64,000 nt of DNA from Acanthaster planci (Eukaryota). How positions within the stretch are numbered: the stretch's first letter is position 1; the number at the start of each line of letters is the position of its first letter. The notes beneath the pieces are model-generated. The model saw nothing but the letters and a program-made list of their open reading frames with translations. It was not told where the DNA came from and ran no database searches. Both the position numbers and the translations under genes were made by a program. Positions 12,101 to 27,100 of this stretch are shown one piece after another. The stretch covers positions 3,949,816 through 4,013,815 of the forward strand of contig NW_019091360.1 in NCBI RefSeq assembly GCF_001949145.1, in the 5' to 3' direction.

Positions 12101-15100
12101 CCTGTGTATCAATTTACATGTAGTTCATACATTGCACGGGGCGGCACACGATAGGGGTAGCCATAATCCGGTCCTGTCTCCTGCGACATACACCTTCACG
12201 TTTTGATCAAAAGGGGCAGCAGTGGAGATCCGTAGCCTGTGTTCAATACTTGTGCATGCCGTAGTCTTCACATGGAGACACCGCACCGCGTATTGCCCAT
12301 ATAGAGTACAACATGAACCTTTGAAAATATTTCTTGTTGGAGTTTTCCTGAAGATATACCCCACATACATATTTGCAGTGGACGTTAGTAATGACACACA
12401 TGATAAAGCCAAAAGTAAAAGAGGTTTTTAAGTGATATTCAGCTATTTTATGCAACATCGTCATCAGAAGCCAGTATTGATCCTTGACATATCATAAACT
12501 GATTTTTATCGACATTATTAAACCCTTATAAACTCTACACTATTCAAATATCAACTGGACTTTCGGTTACGAAATAAAATCCTGTGACAGAATAAAATCA
12601 CAGGGAACCAGATTTTCAAGCTTGTGAATCTGGCTTTTAAAACCTTTCTAAACTAATGACCACCAGGATGATCTTTAGTTTAACGCTGACTTTACAGTTG
12701 TGTGTTTCACGTTCTTGTGAAAACCCGGTTGCAAGAATATCTTGATTTGTTTTACAGGAAGAGAGGAAATAAACAAATTTTCACTGCTCAAAAAAAGCTA
12801 TTGCATATTCGATTACATAAGATCATTGACTAACAAAATAATCCATTAGACGTCATGTTTCCATCACAAAAGCTCACTGGCTTCCAGTTTTAGGACCCTC
12901 AACATTAAGCAAAACTAAGTTGAAGAAGGAAACATAGCCTAGGTGATGCAGGAAGACCACTGAAACAAACATGCAAAGGTCTATTTAAGGCCCTAATTTT
13001 GGGAAGAGCCACCCTCCATATTTTCTGGCTATGTGCGTTAAAAACATTCCATGTAGGCCTACATGTAACCCCCAATATTTTGCAGTTTCATTTTAAATAT
13101 TCCTGTGAACATGTACACTTTATGAAAATTCATGCAAAAGTCATTTGTCTCAAAAAATAGTTCCACAGGTTCAGAATGTTCAGTTTAGAATTGCAGCTGG
13201 CAAAACAGTGAAAGTGTTAGTCAGGACACACCCCAGCATGAATCTAACCCAGCCTCTGGGTTGTCAATTCATTGATTTACCAGATGAACTTACCCTTGTA
13301 CCAAGCCTATGGCATGTTAGTTCCAGGCAATTTGAATAGCTGGTTTCCTTGCTCAGATGGGGTGGTCTCTCAATCTTGAGATTGTCCTCAAGTTCACCCT
13401 TCACTTTCTTCTTCTGGTCAGTGCTCTTATTGATTGAAAACCAGACCCCTTCTAAAAAGGGAAATAATTGGTGTTTTCAGGGCATTCCTACTCTGGCTGT
13501 TGTTTGTTTGACATTTCTGCTTACATTATATTTTTAGTAGCACCATGTAGGATGGTAGCACCAACATCCCCCGGTGTTAAACTGTCCGGTTTAGCTTCTC
13601 TCAAGCTCATTTGGTAACCATTTTGCTGTTTGTTTTTACAAACCTGGTGTTTCTTCTCTGGTGTAATGCTTTTGGCATTTTCTTCGGCAAGACCTTTTGC
13701 CCTTTTCTGGTTTCACTAATTACTCCTTCCACTCCTGCAAATTTCATCAGTCACAGCGGGGGGGGGGGAAATTAATTTCATCCTGCAAACTTTATTAAGT
13801 GCTTAAAAGCAAAGATATTGGCAGACTTCACTCTGTACACTATGGCCAGGTAGCAAACATGTGTCTACCAGTGAGCATTGTAAAATCCAATTCCCTTGCT
13901 GAAATCTGATCAGTTTTGCCAAAATTAGAGTTGTCAGTTTTCATACCCTTACACAATTTGAAATTGTTATTGGTCAAACTTTAATTTTGAATAGAATTCT
14001 TGTAGCTGTACATATGTGCAAGGCATATCAAGTTTTGCCGTCACCAAGTTATCCGGAGCTTCCCGAGAAAAGGTGACATTTTGCCCAATTTGGAAACCTG
14101 ACGACTATCATTTTCAGAAAATTGGAGCATAGAAAGTGTGGCGTGCTATTTTGTTTTGCCGTGACTGGAATTCCTGCAATGTTGTAATCGCACAACTCAT
14201 AATTTACACATTACATGCTTGTGGGTTGACCATAGGAGATTTCACGGAACTTGGTACACACGCTGAACAAACAACGCATCTCGGACTATTGATGGGAAAC
14301 AGATTTGGATGGTAAATCAGTGGGGAGTCGCAGATGGTTAGCACACATTGAATGGTTGGGGTTGGTTCTGTGATGTTGGAGTGGAGTGGAACAAATTGAG
14401 ATGGACAATGGGTGAAGGATGCTGCGAGAATCCCTGACCGGTGAGCAGAGCTTGGGGAACCAGTGACTAGCCAGATGATGAAGAGTATCCTTTCACAAAC
14501 AGTAAATCTGTTCTTGCAAGGTTGACACCGTGTTTGTCAAAGCTATAGGGAGCTATCAAATAATTATCAATTTCTTTGTATGACTAATTTCTGGAACTTC
14601 AAAATAATGCCAGCTGTCAAGTTTTTGAAATTGTTGATCAAGCTTCTTTGAAGACATGTTTGTTTCTTTGACATTGAATGTATGTAAACATGAAACAAAT
14701 TGCTTGCCAACAAAAGAGACAACGTAGTGTGTGATGTACAATATGTCTGCATTTTTCATTGGATGGAAAATGTATCTTCATCACTTAGCACCTGAATTCC
14801 AAGCCCAACCCTAGATATTACACCGGCCAGAGATCATATCAACCTAAATGTTTGACTTCTCCCAAACTGTTTTCTTAGTTACATGAACGGCATGGATCCA
14901 GTGTTGGTTTGTCTTGGAATCAGCATGACACAGGCTTGGATGTGTCTCAGTTACCCACGTGTTTCATTTCACACACTTCATAATCTAAGCTGTTATTTTT
15001 GTCAGTCTCATCTCAGTCATGTCGCATTTAATTTCATGGATGGCATCAATTCTTCACATGCACGTGTAGCCACAGGTCCAGTCTTACTTTTATGTCAAAT

Positions 15101-18100
15101 ATTGAGCTGATTGTTATCCCGTGAATTATTTGCTGTTTTGTCTGAAAAATGGTTGCATGTATCACCTGGTGGACCACAGCATTAGTTGCCATTGTGAAAA
15201 AAAAGTGCATTCTTCAGGTCTGTACGTCTGTGTGTATCATTACTTTACATCAGTTTAGTGGAATCGGTGGTCATTTTCATGTCCCAGGTTTGAATCTTAC
15301 CTACTTGGTGTACACCTTTCAGAATTGGGTTTTGTCATTCTGTTATTGATATGTTGGATAACTTGGGTTTGTCTAAGAATCATTGGCTTAGTGTTTTCCT
15401 ACAAGGCTAAAATATACAAACCCTGTTCATGTTGTATGTCATATAATTCATTGCAAAAAGCTCTTGTGTGGTACATTGGGTAGGCATTCACCGCTTTCAG
15501 GGGACAAGTTCTTTTGTTAGGGAAATTTAAACCGAGTTGTGGGGACATTTCTGATTCCCCACAACGTTTTCAGTCCCCACAAAATAGGTGACATGTTGAG
15601 TGTATGCTCCCACAACTACAGTGAGGGAGTATGTGAACATGCCATGATGAACTTCAAGGATGATTAGTAAATTGTCATATACTGGTACATGTGCATGTAC
15701 ATTTAGTTTGAAAGTTTCAAAAATTGTTTTTCTGTTCATTAACATTCATAGTGTAATAGCTCAATGTGGTAACACTATGCACACGTACAGTCAGTACAGT
15801 CAATATGAAAATAATACAACAGTACAAATGCACAAAAGACTGGCTTTTTAGCACCTTAATCCCCTCACACTGCTAGCATAAGGAACGTTTTTGTTCTAAG
15901 ATCCAGGCATAGAAAGGGGTTACACACGCCCCATTCCATAGGCCTGTTGCTGTGTTGACTTCTCAGACTCCATGTGTAGCTCATTTCTGGAATGACTCAA
16001 ATGCATATGAGGAGCAGCTTTACACATTTGGGACCATTACAACACTAGTTGGCAAAGGTGTTTATAATATTGCCATTAATGGTACTAGGTACACTTCTAG
16101 CATAACGAACGGTTCCGTTCTAAGATCCAGGCTTAGAAAGGGGGTACACAAGCCCATTCCATAGGCCTGTTGCTGTGTTGACTTCTCAGACTCCATGTGT
16201 ACCTAGTACCATTAATGGAAACTTTATAAACACCTTTGCCAGCTAGTGTTGTAATGGTCCCAAATGTGTAAAGCTGCTCCTCATATGCATTTGGGTCATT
16301 CCAGAAATTAGGGCTCCTTTTTTTCATGTCCCTGTCACATCTGACATTTGATTTTGTAAGTTCAAAACACATTTTCTACATGTAATTTCCAAGAGTGATA
16401 AATTGATGCAAATTACCTGCCACACAAAGTGTAGTAATAGTTTGAAATCAAATCAATCATGTCAAATAACAGAGGTTAGATGTAACGAGGACACAAAAAT
16501 GACACCCTTTTGGTCCCCTTATTTCTGGAATTACCCATTTCTAAAATGAGAGAGTACATGTTTATACATGTACATTGATTTCATGACAATTTATCAAAAG
16601 GCATGATTTATGCTCGTAGTGTGTACACATATCCTTGTTTAGAAACTGCTTATCCCTGGTGTGCCGTACAAATGGTGTAGGCCTATGTGCATGTAAGTGT
16701 TGTCAACCTTCTGCCCCCCCACCTTCATGTGTACATATTTATCTATGGACGGCTCTTTAACAGATTTTTTTTTCTTCTCTGAATTGGGATGTGTTCGATG
16801 CTGGAATGGAATGCTTCCATGAGCATCTGTTCAGTCATGGGCAGAGTGTTATTTAATCAGTTGGTTGCCAATAAAATCCAGCAGTGATTCTGACAAAATG
16901 ATGGTCTAGAAATAGCAGCGTCCGCTGAGCCTTTATGCCGAACACGTGCCTCGGCATTTGGGCAAAATATCCGACAGAGAGCCAGGATTAAAGGGTGCAA
17001 CAATGTTGTGTTTCTTCAGTTGTAAAACAACACATTTATGGAATTCCTCCTTTGCATGTTCAATAATTAAGTTCTTGAAGCAAGCTGAAGAGCCAATCTA
17101 CAACAGATATCAAATAATGTCTGTAGAATTGTTTTTCAAGTAGCATTCTCTCAATGAAAAATCAATGTTTTTAGTGGAAACATTATCAAGAATTCTTGTA
17201 CGTACATGTATTTACATACATGTACATGTAATGAATGTTAAATTTAATTTTTGCAGCCTGTAATGTAAATCTGTAAATAGTAACTTGATATGAATGTGTA
17301 AGTCTCCATGAGAAAGTTCCCGGTATATTGTAAAATGTTAATGATTTATTCACATCTTATTATTACGGAGCAGTATATCAGGATAATATGCCATTATTAC
17401 ATTACCTGATAAAGGAAAATGTTGGACCAATGGGTTAGTAGTGTTGGATGGTTCTTGTTTAGGATCTGTCTCTTTTGGCCATCTGTATGACTCATACAGA
17501 GGCCTCACATTACCGTATTGTTTTATCGTAAATTTCTTTTAAAAACTTTTTTTTGCCCTGATTTTCATACAGATACAGCCTGCAGATCAGCCCGGCATAT
17601 CCTGAAGACACTGGTATCTACACAGCCCAAGCATCCAACAGTTCCTGGGTGAGATGTTCACAGGCAAGATTAACGGTCAAAGAATTCTTCACAGACAGTG
17701 ATGAACTGAATGGTCTGTGCTTTGGTAATGACCTTCAACAGGCAGATGGTAGCAGTGAAGATGAAGATTCATCTGCTGACGTAGACCCAGAGACGGAGGC
17801 GGCGGCAAGGTTAGGCAACAACAAGGGGCAAGGACGGAGGTCAGGAATGATGGCCAAGATGTTAAAGAAGAGAATCCGGCTTAAGCCAGGAGACACAGCC
17901 TTGCTGGAGTGTTTCTTGGATCCATCCAAGGCAAATGTCAAAGTCAAATGGTACGTACATGTATAAGAATAAACACGTTGATCTAAACATTTCTCAGGTC
18001 AAAAGATGGATGTTTAAGGAAGTAGCAAAACAAGGTGATGGAGATCCATGGTGATTATTCAAAAGTCTTTCAGGGTCAGTAATATCAGAAGCAATCTCTC

Positions 18101-21100
18101 CATTCTTGAAAAAAGGTGTATTTCAAACAACTGGGACATTCTGAATTCATCAGACTTTTGGCTGGAACTGTCTCCTGCAGAGAAATAACCTATTTGATCT
18201 TCTAAACATCCTTGAGGGCAACACCTTGAATGATAACCCATTTTCTTATCTATCTGTGGATCTTTGAAGCAGCCAGTAATGGGCTGCCTCAGTGTGACAT
18301 GGTCCTGACATATCACGCCAACCAGTCCTCTTCAAAGTTTCCCTCCCATTGGATTAAATGCTACTCAAACACAAGACCCATTTTGCTACGGAAATCTTTT
18401 GCCATTGACATTCCACGGCATAGTGCTCTGCTGTCTGGCTAGGCAAGTAGCTTTGATTATCAAGTGAATGGAATATTAGTACTGAGCTTATCAAGCTCTC
18501 CTGGCCCTCTTGACACTGAGGCAGATGTTATTGCGGTCAGGAGTGATGAACGACAAATTGGAGTAGGCAGGCAGCAGCTATGAATGATGGTCAGCGAGTT
18601 TTCCTGATGGGACCTGCTGTTTCATGTCAGCAAACCATGACCCTGTTGGATTGATGCATGTACTGTCAACAAAGAAACCATGCCACAGACTGTCAAGAAG
18701 CAAAATTCTAACGCATTGTCTTACCCATACTTGTGGCCATTGTGGTGATTTGATTTTCTTTAGAAATTGCACGGAATATGAAGTACGATCTTAATCCGTG
18801 TTTGTGAAATAGTTATTAACCTTGATACATGATGTGCAAAAATTCTCCAGCGTAAAACGCTCTGATATTCTCATTGGTTATCACACTGGTTTGGACTTGA
18901 ACCACCCGGGCAGTTCTTTCAAACTCAGTAGTCAAGTGGTATTGTGCTAGTGACAATGTTTACATTTTAATCCATGGAACGTCAAGAACTTTTCTACTGA
19001 TCGACATGTGTCAGTGGAAGGATTATAGAGAGATGGGGATGTTTTTGGTCACCCAATTTTAGGTTCAAATAAGTAAACATATGATGTGGACTGTCAGAAC
19101 TGAAGAATATTAAAATTTGGTACAAATGACTCAAACTTTTTTGCTCCTATCGGTGCCTTAGTGGTAACAAGTCATAGTAAACTTAATTTTTTTCAAGGTT
19201 TACTTTGTGAAATGAATAATTTTGTTTGTATCCTTAAAGTTGATGTGTTGAGTTACAGTGTTTCCTGAAGTGAGAGCTACTTTTATCGCATTTTTATCTA
19301 ATTGTACAACACTGCGCTACAAATTTACAATTGGGTCAAGATATCTATCATGTGTCTTGCCGAGTCCTGCAGTACTTGTCCCACATGTCTGCATTGAGTT
19401 AGGAGTCAATGAAATGAGAATACCCGGTCTAAATACCGTACATATACATCATGTAAGCATCTAACACATGGTGTCATCATTTACTGTTGTTGTACATGTT
19501 CCTGCTTGTATTACACGGCGGTGTGACTGGGCAGATTTTTTTTTCATATATCTAGGATTGACTCCCAAGGTAGGGCCATGGGCCATCCAAGTCAGATCAA
19601 ATCTCGTCCCCAGGCTTTGTGACATGTCCAGTGCTGATATCCGTACATCTCCTTCAGCAACCAGGGCATGCATAAGCTGGTCAGTGATTAGCTAGAACGG
19701 CAGGGGAGACATCAAAATCCTCAGCCCGTAGACTAGCGAGAGTGTGAAATGTGAGGCATGTTGCGCGGGAGCTGTACCAAGGCTGGAATGTACATGTAGT
19801 GGAGACACAGCGCTGATAAAGATGACATCTGGAATGGGCATGCATTTAGTCTGTGCTTTGTAGATGTGCGTGCACTGCAACATGCATAGATACCAGTCCG
19901 TAGGTTTCTCTGGGATGGCTCAGACCGGCAAGATGGAAGGATACTGCCTTGACGAAGGATTAATGGTGTGAACGAGTGACAGCGCTTTGGCACCTTTTGA
20001 CATGTGATCGTAGGAGAGTTGCACTTTCATTAGCTTTTGGGAGCATTCATTTATTTTACTTATGGAAGAATGATGACATTTCTTGCCGGGCAGGATATAT
20101 ATATAATGCTTGTGGCTGTACAACTTACAATGTGACCAAGGAATATTACGGTATCGTGCAAGGTGGGTACCGGTACATAAACCGATGATCAGAAGCTCTT
20201 TGGAACATTTGAAATTATTTTTTTCCTGATTTCCCAGAAATACATAAACTAGAGAGCAGAAACAGAAATATAAACATTGGATTTCCATCTCAGTAAATAT
20301 GCATCATCAGATATTGTTTTAAATAAATGGAATCTGTATTTTAGAAGAAAATAATTTCATTTACAAAACCTTTTTTTCCCAGCAACTATTTCAAAAATAT
20401 AGATGTAGTTATAGTCTCTCAATGGATTGCTTTTGAAAGCAATATTTTTTTTTGCGATGAGGTCTTTAAACAGAACTAATCACAAAAGATGCATTATACA
20501 TTACCAGAATATCTTCCCTTTAAGTGACAATTACCTTTTTTTAATGAACCAGCAGGTTTTCTTTTCTGGACAGTTTGCTTCCAACTCATTTAGTTCATTG
20601 TTGCTGGAGAATCAAAGGCTTTCTTTTTGAAAGCAAAACTAACATGGGGGTAATAAGCTTTACACAAAAAACTAGCTTGCTTTCTCTGACAGGTTTTTGC
20701 CAGTGATGCAAATTGTACAAAAAAAGAGTGCAAAAATGTTCTCACTTAGTTGTATTTTATTTGGTTGGTTGCTGGTTGATGCGTCAGAGTTCAAAGCAAC
20801 ATGTACATAAGAAAACCCAAGTGTCTTACAAGTTCACCTAAACAGATTAATCCGGATTGATAACGTTGTATTGTACGTAATCTAAAAATGCAGTCAGTCT
20901 TAGACTGTTACTGTGTCTTATGATTTCCTTGATCATGTGATATGACTTGCATTGTGATTGAAGCCAGTCTTGAAACACCCATTAATGTTAGGTTTACGTG
21001 TTAGACAGCACGCAAGGTGTATAAAGGTTGGCAGTGACTGATATCAAATTGGAATGTTGCCCCAGCCGATGTGCGTGCTGAGGTATTCTGTATCCAAGTG

Positions 21101-24100
21101 TAAAAAAAAAATATATCAGTCACTCATCTGGTGGAATTAAACATGTTGGTCATGGTTCAGGAGATTATCAGAACATTTCCTGTCTGGAAACCACAAATTC
21201 TTGAGATGCATGCAGGACTATGAGAGAGGTGATAAGGTATCAAGCCAGAACACAGCCAACTTCTGTGGGAATTGATACTCAACCACAGGAAAATGGACAC
21301 ATGGACGTGTCTGACTTGAGTATGAGATTCATACCTGAGACTTGATCTTGTTGTCACTGATGCTGAAGGGCTGATGTCCTTTTATCACTGAAGTGAGAAA
21401 TCTCTCTCATCTTAAACTCTGATTAGCCCAATGCGATGGAAGTCATCGACTTATCTTCGGAACAATTTATAAAAACTGCTCACATTACCAGTATGTTTTT
21501 TAAATTGTGGATTTTTTCTGCGAGATAGCTCCGTGTATTTTTCATACAGAAAGGAGAAACATAGTGACTGATGTGGAAATATTTCCTGTAAAAAATGTCA
21601 TTGAACTTGTTACCAGTTGTCATGACACTGGGAAATTCCAGGTGTTCATCTGATGGATGGTCATTGCATAATGTCATAACTCTTGAACTGTAAAAAACGG
21701 ATTATTGAACTGAATCTCCCCTTAATGAGGAGACATATTGTTCTTTTGTTATCAGCTCTCATTCCTGAATGATTTTGGTTTGTTTTTTTTTGTTGAAAGG
21801 TTGAGTTTGGTTTGTTTTTTTTTGTTAAAAGGTTGAAAGAAGATGAAGAGATTATTCCTGAGTTGTCCCAGCGTTACAAGGTGAGGCATGATGACAGCGG
21901 CGTCCACTCACTGGAAATAAGTGATATCATCTCAGACGATGAGGGAGAATACTCATGTGTGGCGAGTTGTGAAGATTCCACCACGTCTAACACCACACAG
22001 CTCATCATGAAAGGTGGGGACTATACACATGAGATACCATTATCAGATCTTAGCTGTAATCAAAAACCTGAATGTTCTATCCCCAACCCCAGATGTAAAA
22101 GGTGGATAAGTTTGGGATTTTATGCGAGTGTGGAACTGTATCCCGAGAACAGTTCCTGGAACTGTATCCTGGGAACAGTTCCTGGAACTGTATCCTGGGA
22201 ACAGTTCCTGGAACTGTATCCTGGGAACAGTTCCTGGAACTGTATCCTGGGAACAGTTCCTGGGAGTGTATCCTGGGAACAGTTCCAGGGAGTGTATCCT
22301 GGGAACAGTTCCTGGGAGTGAATCCTGGGAACAGTTCCTGGAACTGTTACATTGTGTTAGCACAGCCCAAACCTCACTATTAGCACATTACACATCAACA
22401 AACGACAGCTCATGTACATGCTTCCTTTGCTTTGCTTCGGATATTTTAATGACAACTGATACAGTAAAATCTCAATAAGTCGAAGCCCGTTAAGTCGAAA
22501 CTCCGTTTACCTCGACGTCTTTCTGTATTCCTGACAAAAGAATAAGCCATTGTCACGTCGACAAGCACTGGGTGGGCATCAACCACAACCGTAAAATAAG
22601 GCCATGTCCAAAACAGGCTTCCAGAGCTACGGCTAGGTCTATTGTCTACGCGTCTCCATGCATTTCCAATGGAGTGAAGATCTAGACCTAGCTCTAGACA
22701 AGAGATTCGGATGCAGCCTAAATCAGGCACGAATGATGCGCCCTCAAGCCTTTTGTACATGTATGTACCCAGCACGGAAACCCTGACCAACTGGCCTGCG
22801 CGCTAAGATTGGTAACAGCCCGATCAAGCAAAGCAAATGAATGAATTCTCAAGATGTAGACACAGGTACCGGTACATAACTTCATTGGTTTATTATTTAT
22901 TAATGTACCACATAAAAACATGCTTAATGACGATGTTTGAGGAAAACTTGCTCAGTAGGGATAGCCTAAAATCCACTTCGTGTTCAACTCAGCTTGCAGG
23001 CCAACCGCCGTAAGCCAGTAGGGTTGCATGTGCACTGAAGCATGTAACTTTCGATAACTCAAACTTTTCAACCATTCCCCTGAGCTTTGACTTATTGAGA
23101 TTTTACTGTATGTCTGAGGTAAGGTAAACCAAATATAACATGGCTTAATATGGCTTGATGTGTCCACCCTCAAACCATTCTATATGTGTATTCTGTCTGA
23201 AATGTTGAGTTTGCTGATTTTCTTCAGAGCCTCACTTATTAAAACTCAAACCTTCCTTAGATCTACCGGTATGTGTGCACCATGCAAACCTTCTAAACAT
23301 CTTAGCTCTCATGCTTTGACTCTAAATGATAAAAAGACCAAAGGGACAAAGGAAACAATGTAATGACAGGGTGAGAGAGTGATGGAAGGATGATGTACAA
23401 ATACACCTGTTTGGGCTCACTGAGTGGCCTTTAAAATGAAAGCCAGCGTTCACTGATTGCCATACACAAATGAGATAAGTCCCTTCATAGGCTAGGCCAG
23501 TTAGTTTCTCCTGTTGTGCACTGCCTACCCTACTCAGGCCATATTTGCATCTGTCGTAGGCACTGTCTGTACATTCTCTTATCCCTACCTCCTCCTTTTC
23601 CCACTGGGCTCCCCCCACGTACAATTTCCTTCTGAAGCAGGTCTTCTACTATGGTCATTGACCATGAAGTTATACCAAGGACTTTTCTCTTTTAGTCAGT
23701 ATTAAGGCAGATGATAAATATTGACATCACATTCATTGGTATTTGGTCAGAGTGATACCAGTGACATCACTGGTGTAATGTAATACAGCTGAGCTGGCCT
23801 GGATTGGCTTCAAGCTCTGCCGTCTTGGCCAGGGTTGCGTGGTAGAAGATGCCAGACGATAACTTGACCTTTTGAGCTTCAACTCTTTAAAGGTTCCTGG
23901 ACTCTCTACAGGAGTTGATTTGGATCTTGCAGCTTGGTAAACATTTTGATGGTGACAGGATGGAATGAAAGAGACACAAGACTGGAGTCGGGCTTGATCC
24001 TTCAATTCGTAGTATATAGAGAGAGTTTCCTGTGAAATGGCCGATGATCTTGGGCCCAGAAAAGAATCTTGCATACATTTGTGATGATAGAAATCACAGT

Positions 24101-27100
24101 AACATTGGAGACACATATATTCAAATAATTTTCGCTAATTTGGGTTTAAAAAAAGGAAGAAAATCCTGTCTGCTTGAAATCTTGATTTGATTATTTTTGT
24201 ATCTGTGCAGTAAGCAAGTGTCAAATGATGACCTCTGAAACTTATTTCTGTAATATTTAAGATCTCCCATGCCAGAAATTGCATGTAAATATTTATATTA
24301 CAAGTATGTGAAACTCTTTTCAGCCTTATAGTTTTTCTAATAGATGTGAATCTTCTCAGCACAATATATAGTTTTCACACACCGTACCTCAGAGGGTTAA
24401 TAAGTTTTGTTCAGTTGTGATTGCTGTTAAAAAATCACTACATGACTCCAGACAGGTAAAATAAACCTTAAGAGTAGTCTGATAATGTTGACATATATAT
24501 CTACTAAAGGGCTTGATGTCGGGTGTGTACAGTGTAGGTCTATCCACTGCGGCCTCTTCAATATTCAGCTTGTCTGTGACATCCATGCACTGCGTGCATT
24601 GCCTTGATTAAGTGAACAGGTGCTGAAGGCGTGCTACAACTGTGCTATATCAACACGTCAGAGTAAGAGATCCGTCATGAATTTTTTAAGATAATTGGTT
24701 TGATGAATGTATACCTGGCTGGCTTTGTGGATATCTGCAGGGGATTTAAAATATGGAATGATATTGTGTGTGACTCTGTCCAGCTGTGGAAAAATAAAAT
24801 ACATGTACAATAAAAAAAAAAACCTTCCACTAAAATTGAAAACTGAAACAAAGAAAGTTTCTAGTTATCAGATCCTTTCCCAGTTATCAATTTGGAGCAT
24901 TGTTTCTTCCGCTGAAATTGAACATTCAAAGAGGAAGTTTCTTGTCAACAATCCTTTGCCCTATTTATCAGCTTGGAGCACTGTAGGTCTTGGATTGGGC
25001 AGATTTGGAAGGGTCTGCCACAAACTCTGGCCTTCAAGAGAAATGAAGGACATGAAGGAATTTTGTTTTTGTCCCCAACCATTAGCTCATACCGTTCTAG
25101 ATCCTTCAAAGCCTCTGGATTTTAGGGGATTTTGCGAGATTGGAAAGGCAGAGCTTTGAGGCTTTTCTCAACAGACACAAGGGGCTTGGAAATCAAGGGT
25201 ATACTTGTGTAATAATGTTATGTACATGTACACTGGATTCTGAGAAACACCTCACATAAATACCCAAGGACTTTGGGCTGAACTTCAACTTGGCTTGTCA
25301 GGGGATTTAGGAAGTAAAAAGAACAGCCGTCATACGAAGGCCTATGTTGTTTAAAAGGTACCCTTTCCCCCAAACCTTGACAACTTGTTGAAAACACTAG
25401 AAAATAATTTCTGTATGTTGGCATCAGTTTGTCTGAATTTGAAAGGCCACAGGTACAATACAAAGATAACAAATGTGACCTCTGATCTACGTGTTTAAAT
25501 CGTTATACACCTGCTTTACCATCCATAATCTGTTCTTTTCATTAAACATTAATACCCGAAAATAGAAATCCCACTTAACCAGAACACATCCTATCAAGTG
25601 ACATAATATACTTTGTTTTTAAGGCCACATTGTAACTCGGTTGGCCTCATATTTAAGGCTCCAACTATTTCTGGGAAATTACCATTCCAAGGAAATAGGA
25701 CAGATTGAATTATTGATGGTCATCTGCACATCTGTCACTGAGCTTTTAAACACTTGAGCATGTGATTGGCCTTGTTACTCATATTCAAAGTATTTTGGTA
25801 TCATTCCATCTTATAAATAGCAACATATTTTGGTAGTCAACGTAAATACTAACATTAATGAAATTCTATACTGTCTTGTTCTGCTATTCTTTGTTGCACG
25901 TTTGCATTTTTGTGGTCTTATCATTCATGTTCTGAGAAGGCGTAATGGAAATTGTACCTAGTATTATCTTTTTTGACTCAGAACAAAATGTTTGTCATTT
26001 GGAGACCGCTGTCAATCATTTGGTTTGACAGCCTAGTACAGCCATGATCTTGGGTTGTAGAAGTAACAGGCTCTTGTCAATCTGTAATCGATATTTTTCT
26101 GTCGCAGTGAAAAATTAAGTCATACTACAGTGTTTGCAAGTCCACTTTTGCAATGAAATCAATCAGGAGATTTGTCACAATAGCCCAGTAGGGTGATGAT
26201 CAGACACTTATTAATAAAGAGTGTGATGATAGTTCAAGGATGGGATAGAGTGCATTGAAGTTCTTTGGCTGGGTTGGGTTGGAACCTGAGCGTGAGATGC
26301 TGCAGGCCAGAAGTGACCCACTGCCATAACCTAACCTTGTGTGATTGTCACTCGTCAAACTTTACCTTGCTTGATACATTTTTAATTTCTTTGACAATGG
26401 CAAGTAGATGAATAGACCTTGTCTTTTCATGGCTGTTTTCTACAACCCCCTGTATTCTCTATAGGCCCTTCCTCTTTTTTATCCACAGAGAGAAAGCCCA
26501 AGCCATGGGACCCAGTCCCAGCTCGCTTCCTGAATCGCATTGAAGACTTGATTGTCACGGAAGGCGAGGAGGCTTTGTTTCGCTGTCAGATTGTGGGTCA
26601 CCCAGTCCCCGAGGTCACTTGGTACCAGGATGATGAGCAGCTGTTTCCATGTCAGGACGTAAAGATGACATTTGACGGGCGGACAACATTTATGATCATC
26701 GCTGCTGCATATCCAGAAGACAGTGGCCAGTACACCTGTCAGATCTACAATGGGCTAGGAGGTCGCTTGACCTGCAGTGCTAACCTGAAAGTCAAGAAGA
26801 TCAAGTCCAAGAAACTGGTCCCCAAGCCACCAGAATTTACTGAAGTCTTCCACGATAGGACAGTGTCTGAAGGTACAGAAGTCAAGTTTGAGTGTCGAAT
26901 ACGCGGTAACCCGAAGCCCAAAGTTGTCTGGCTGTTCAACAATCGGGAACTCAAGCAGTCTCCAGATTTTTTATTCTTCCGCAAGCACAACCTGTACGTG
27001 TTACACATCGTCGAAGCATTTCCGGAAGATGAAGGGGAATATACATGCAAAGCTTTCAACTCGGTTGGGGAGACGCAGTGGAGCGCAGAGTTGTTTGTAG

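Noticed and set aside
22043..22478. Overlapping repetitive ORFs on both strands and a CRISPR-like look
   Set aside because: Produced by the 26-bp palindromic minisatellite; there are no unique spacers and the context is eukaryotic.
24707..25159. 150-aa intronic ORF (also 59800-60255 and 52510-52872)
   Set aside because: No domain motifs and no compatible splice sites; composition is non-coding or repeat-like.
25811..25820. MEF2-like sites (TTATAAATAG here and near 7302, TTAAAAATAG near 57218)
   Set aside because: Expected by chance in AT-rich DNA; no supporting cluster.
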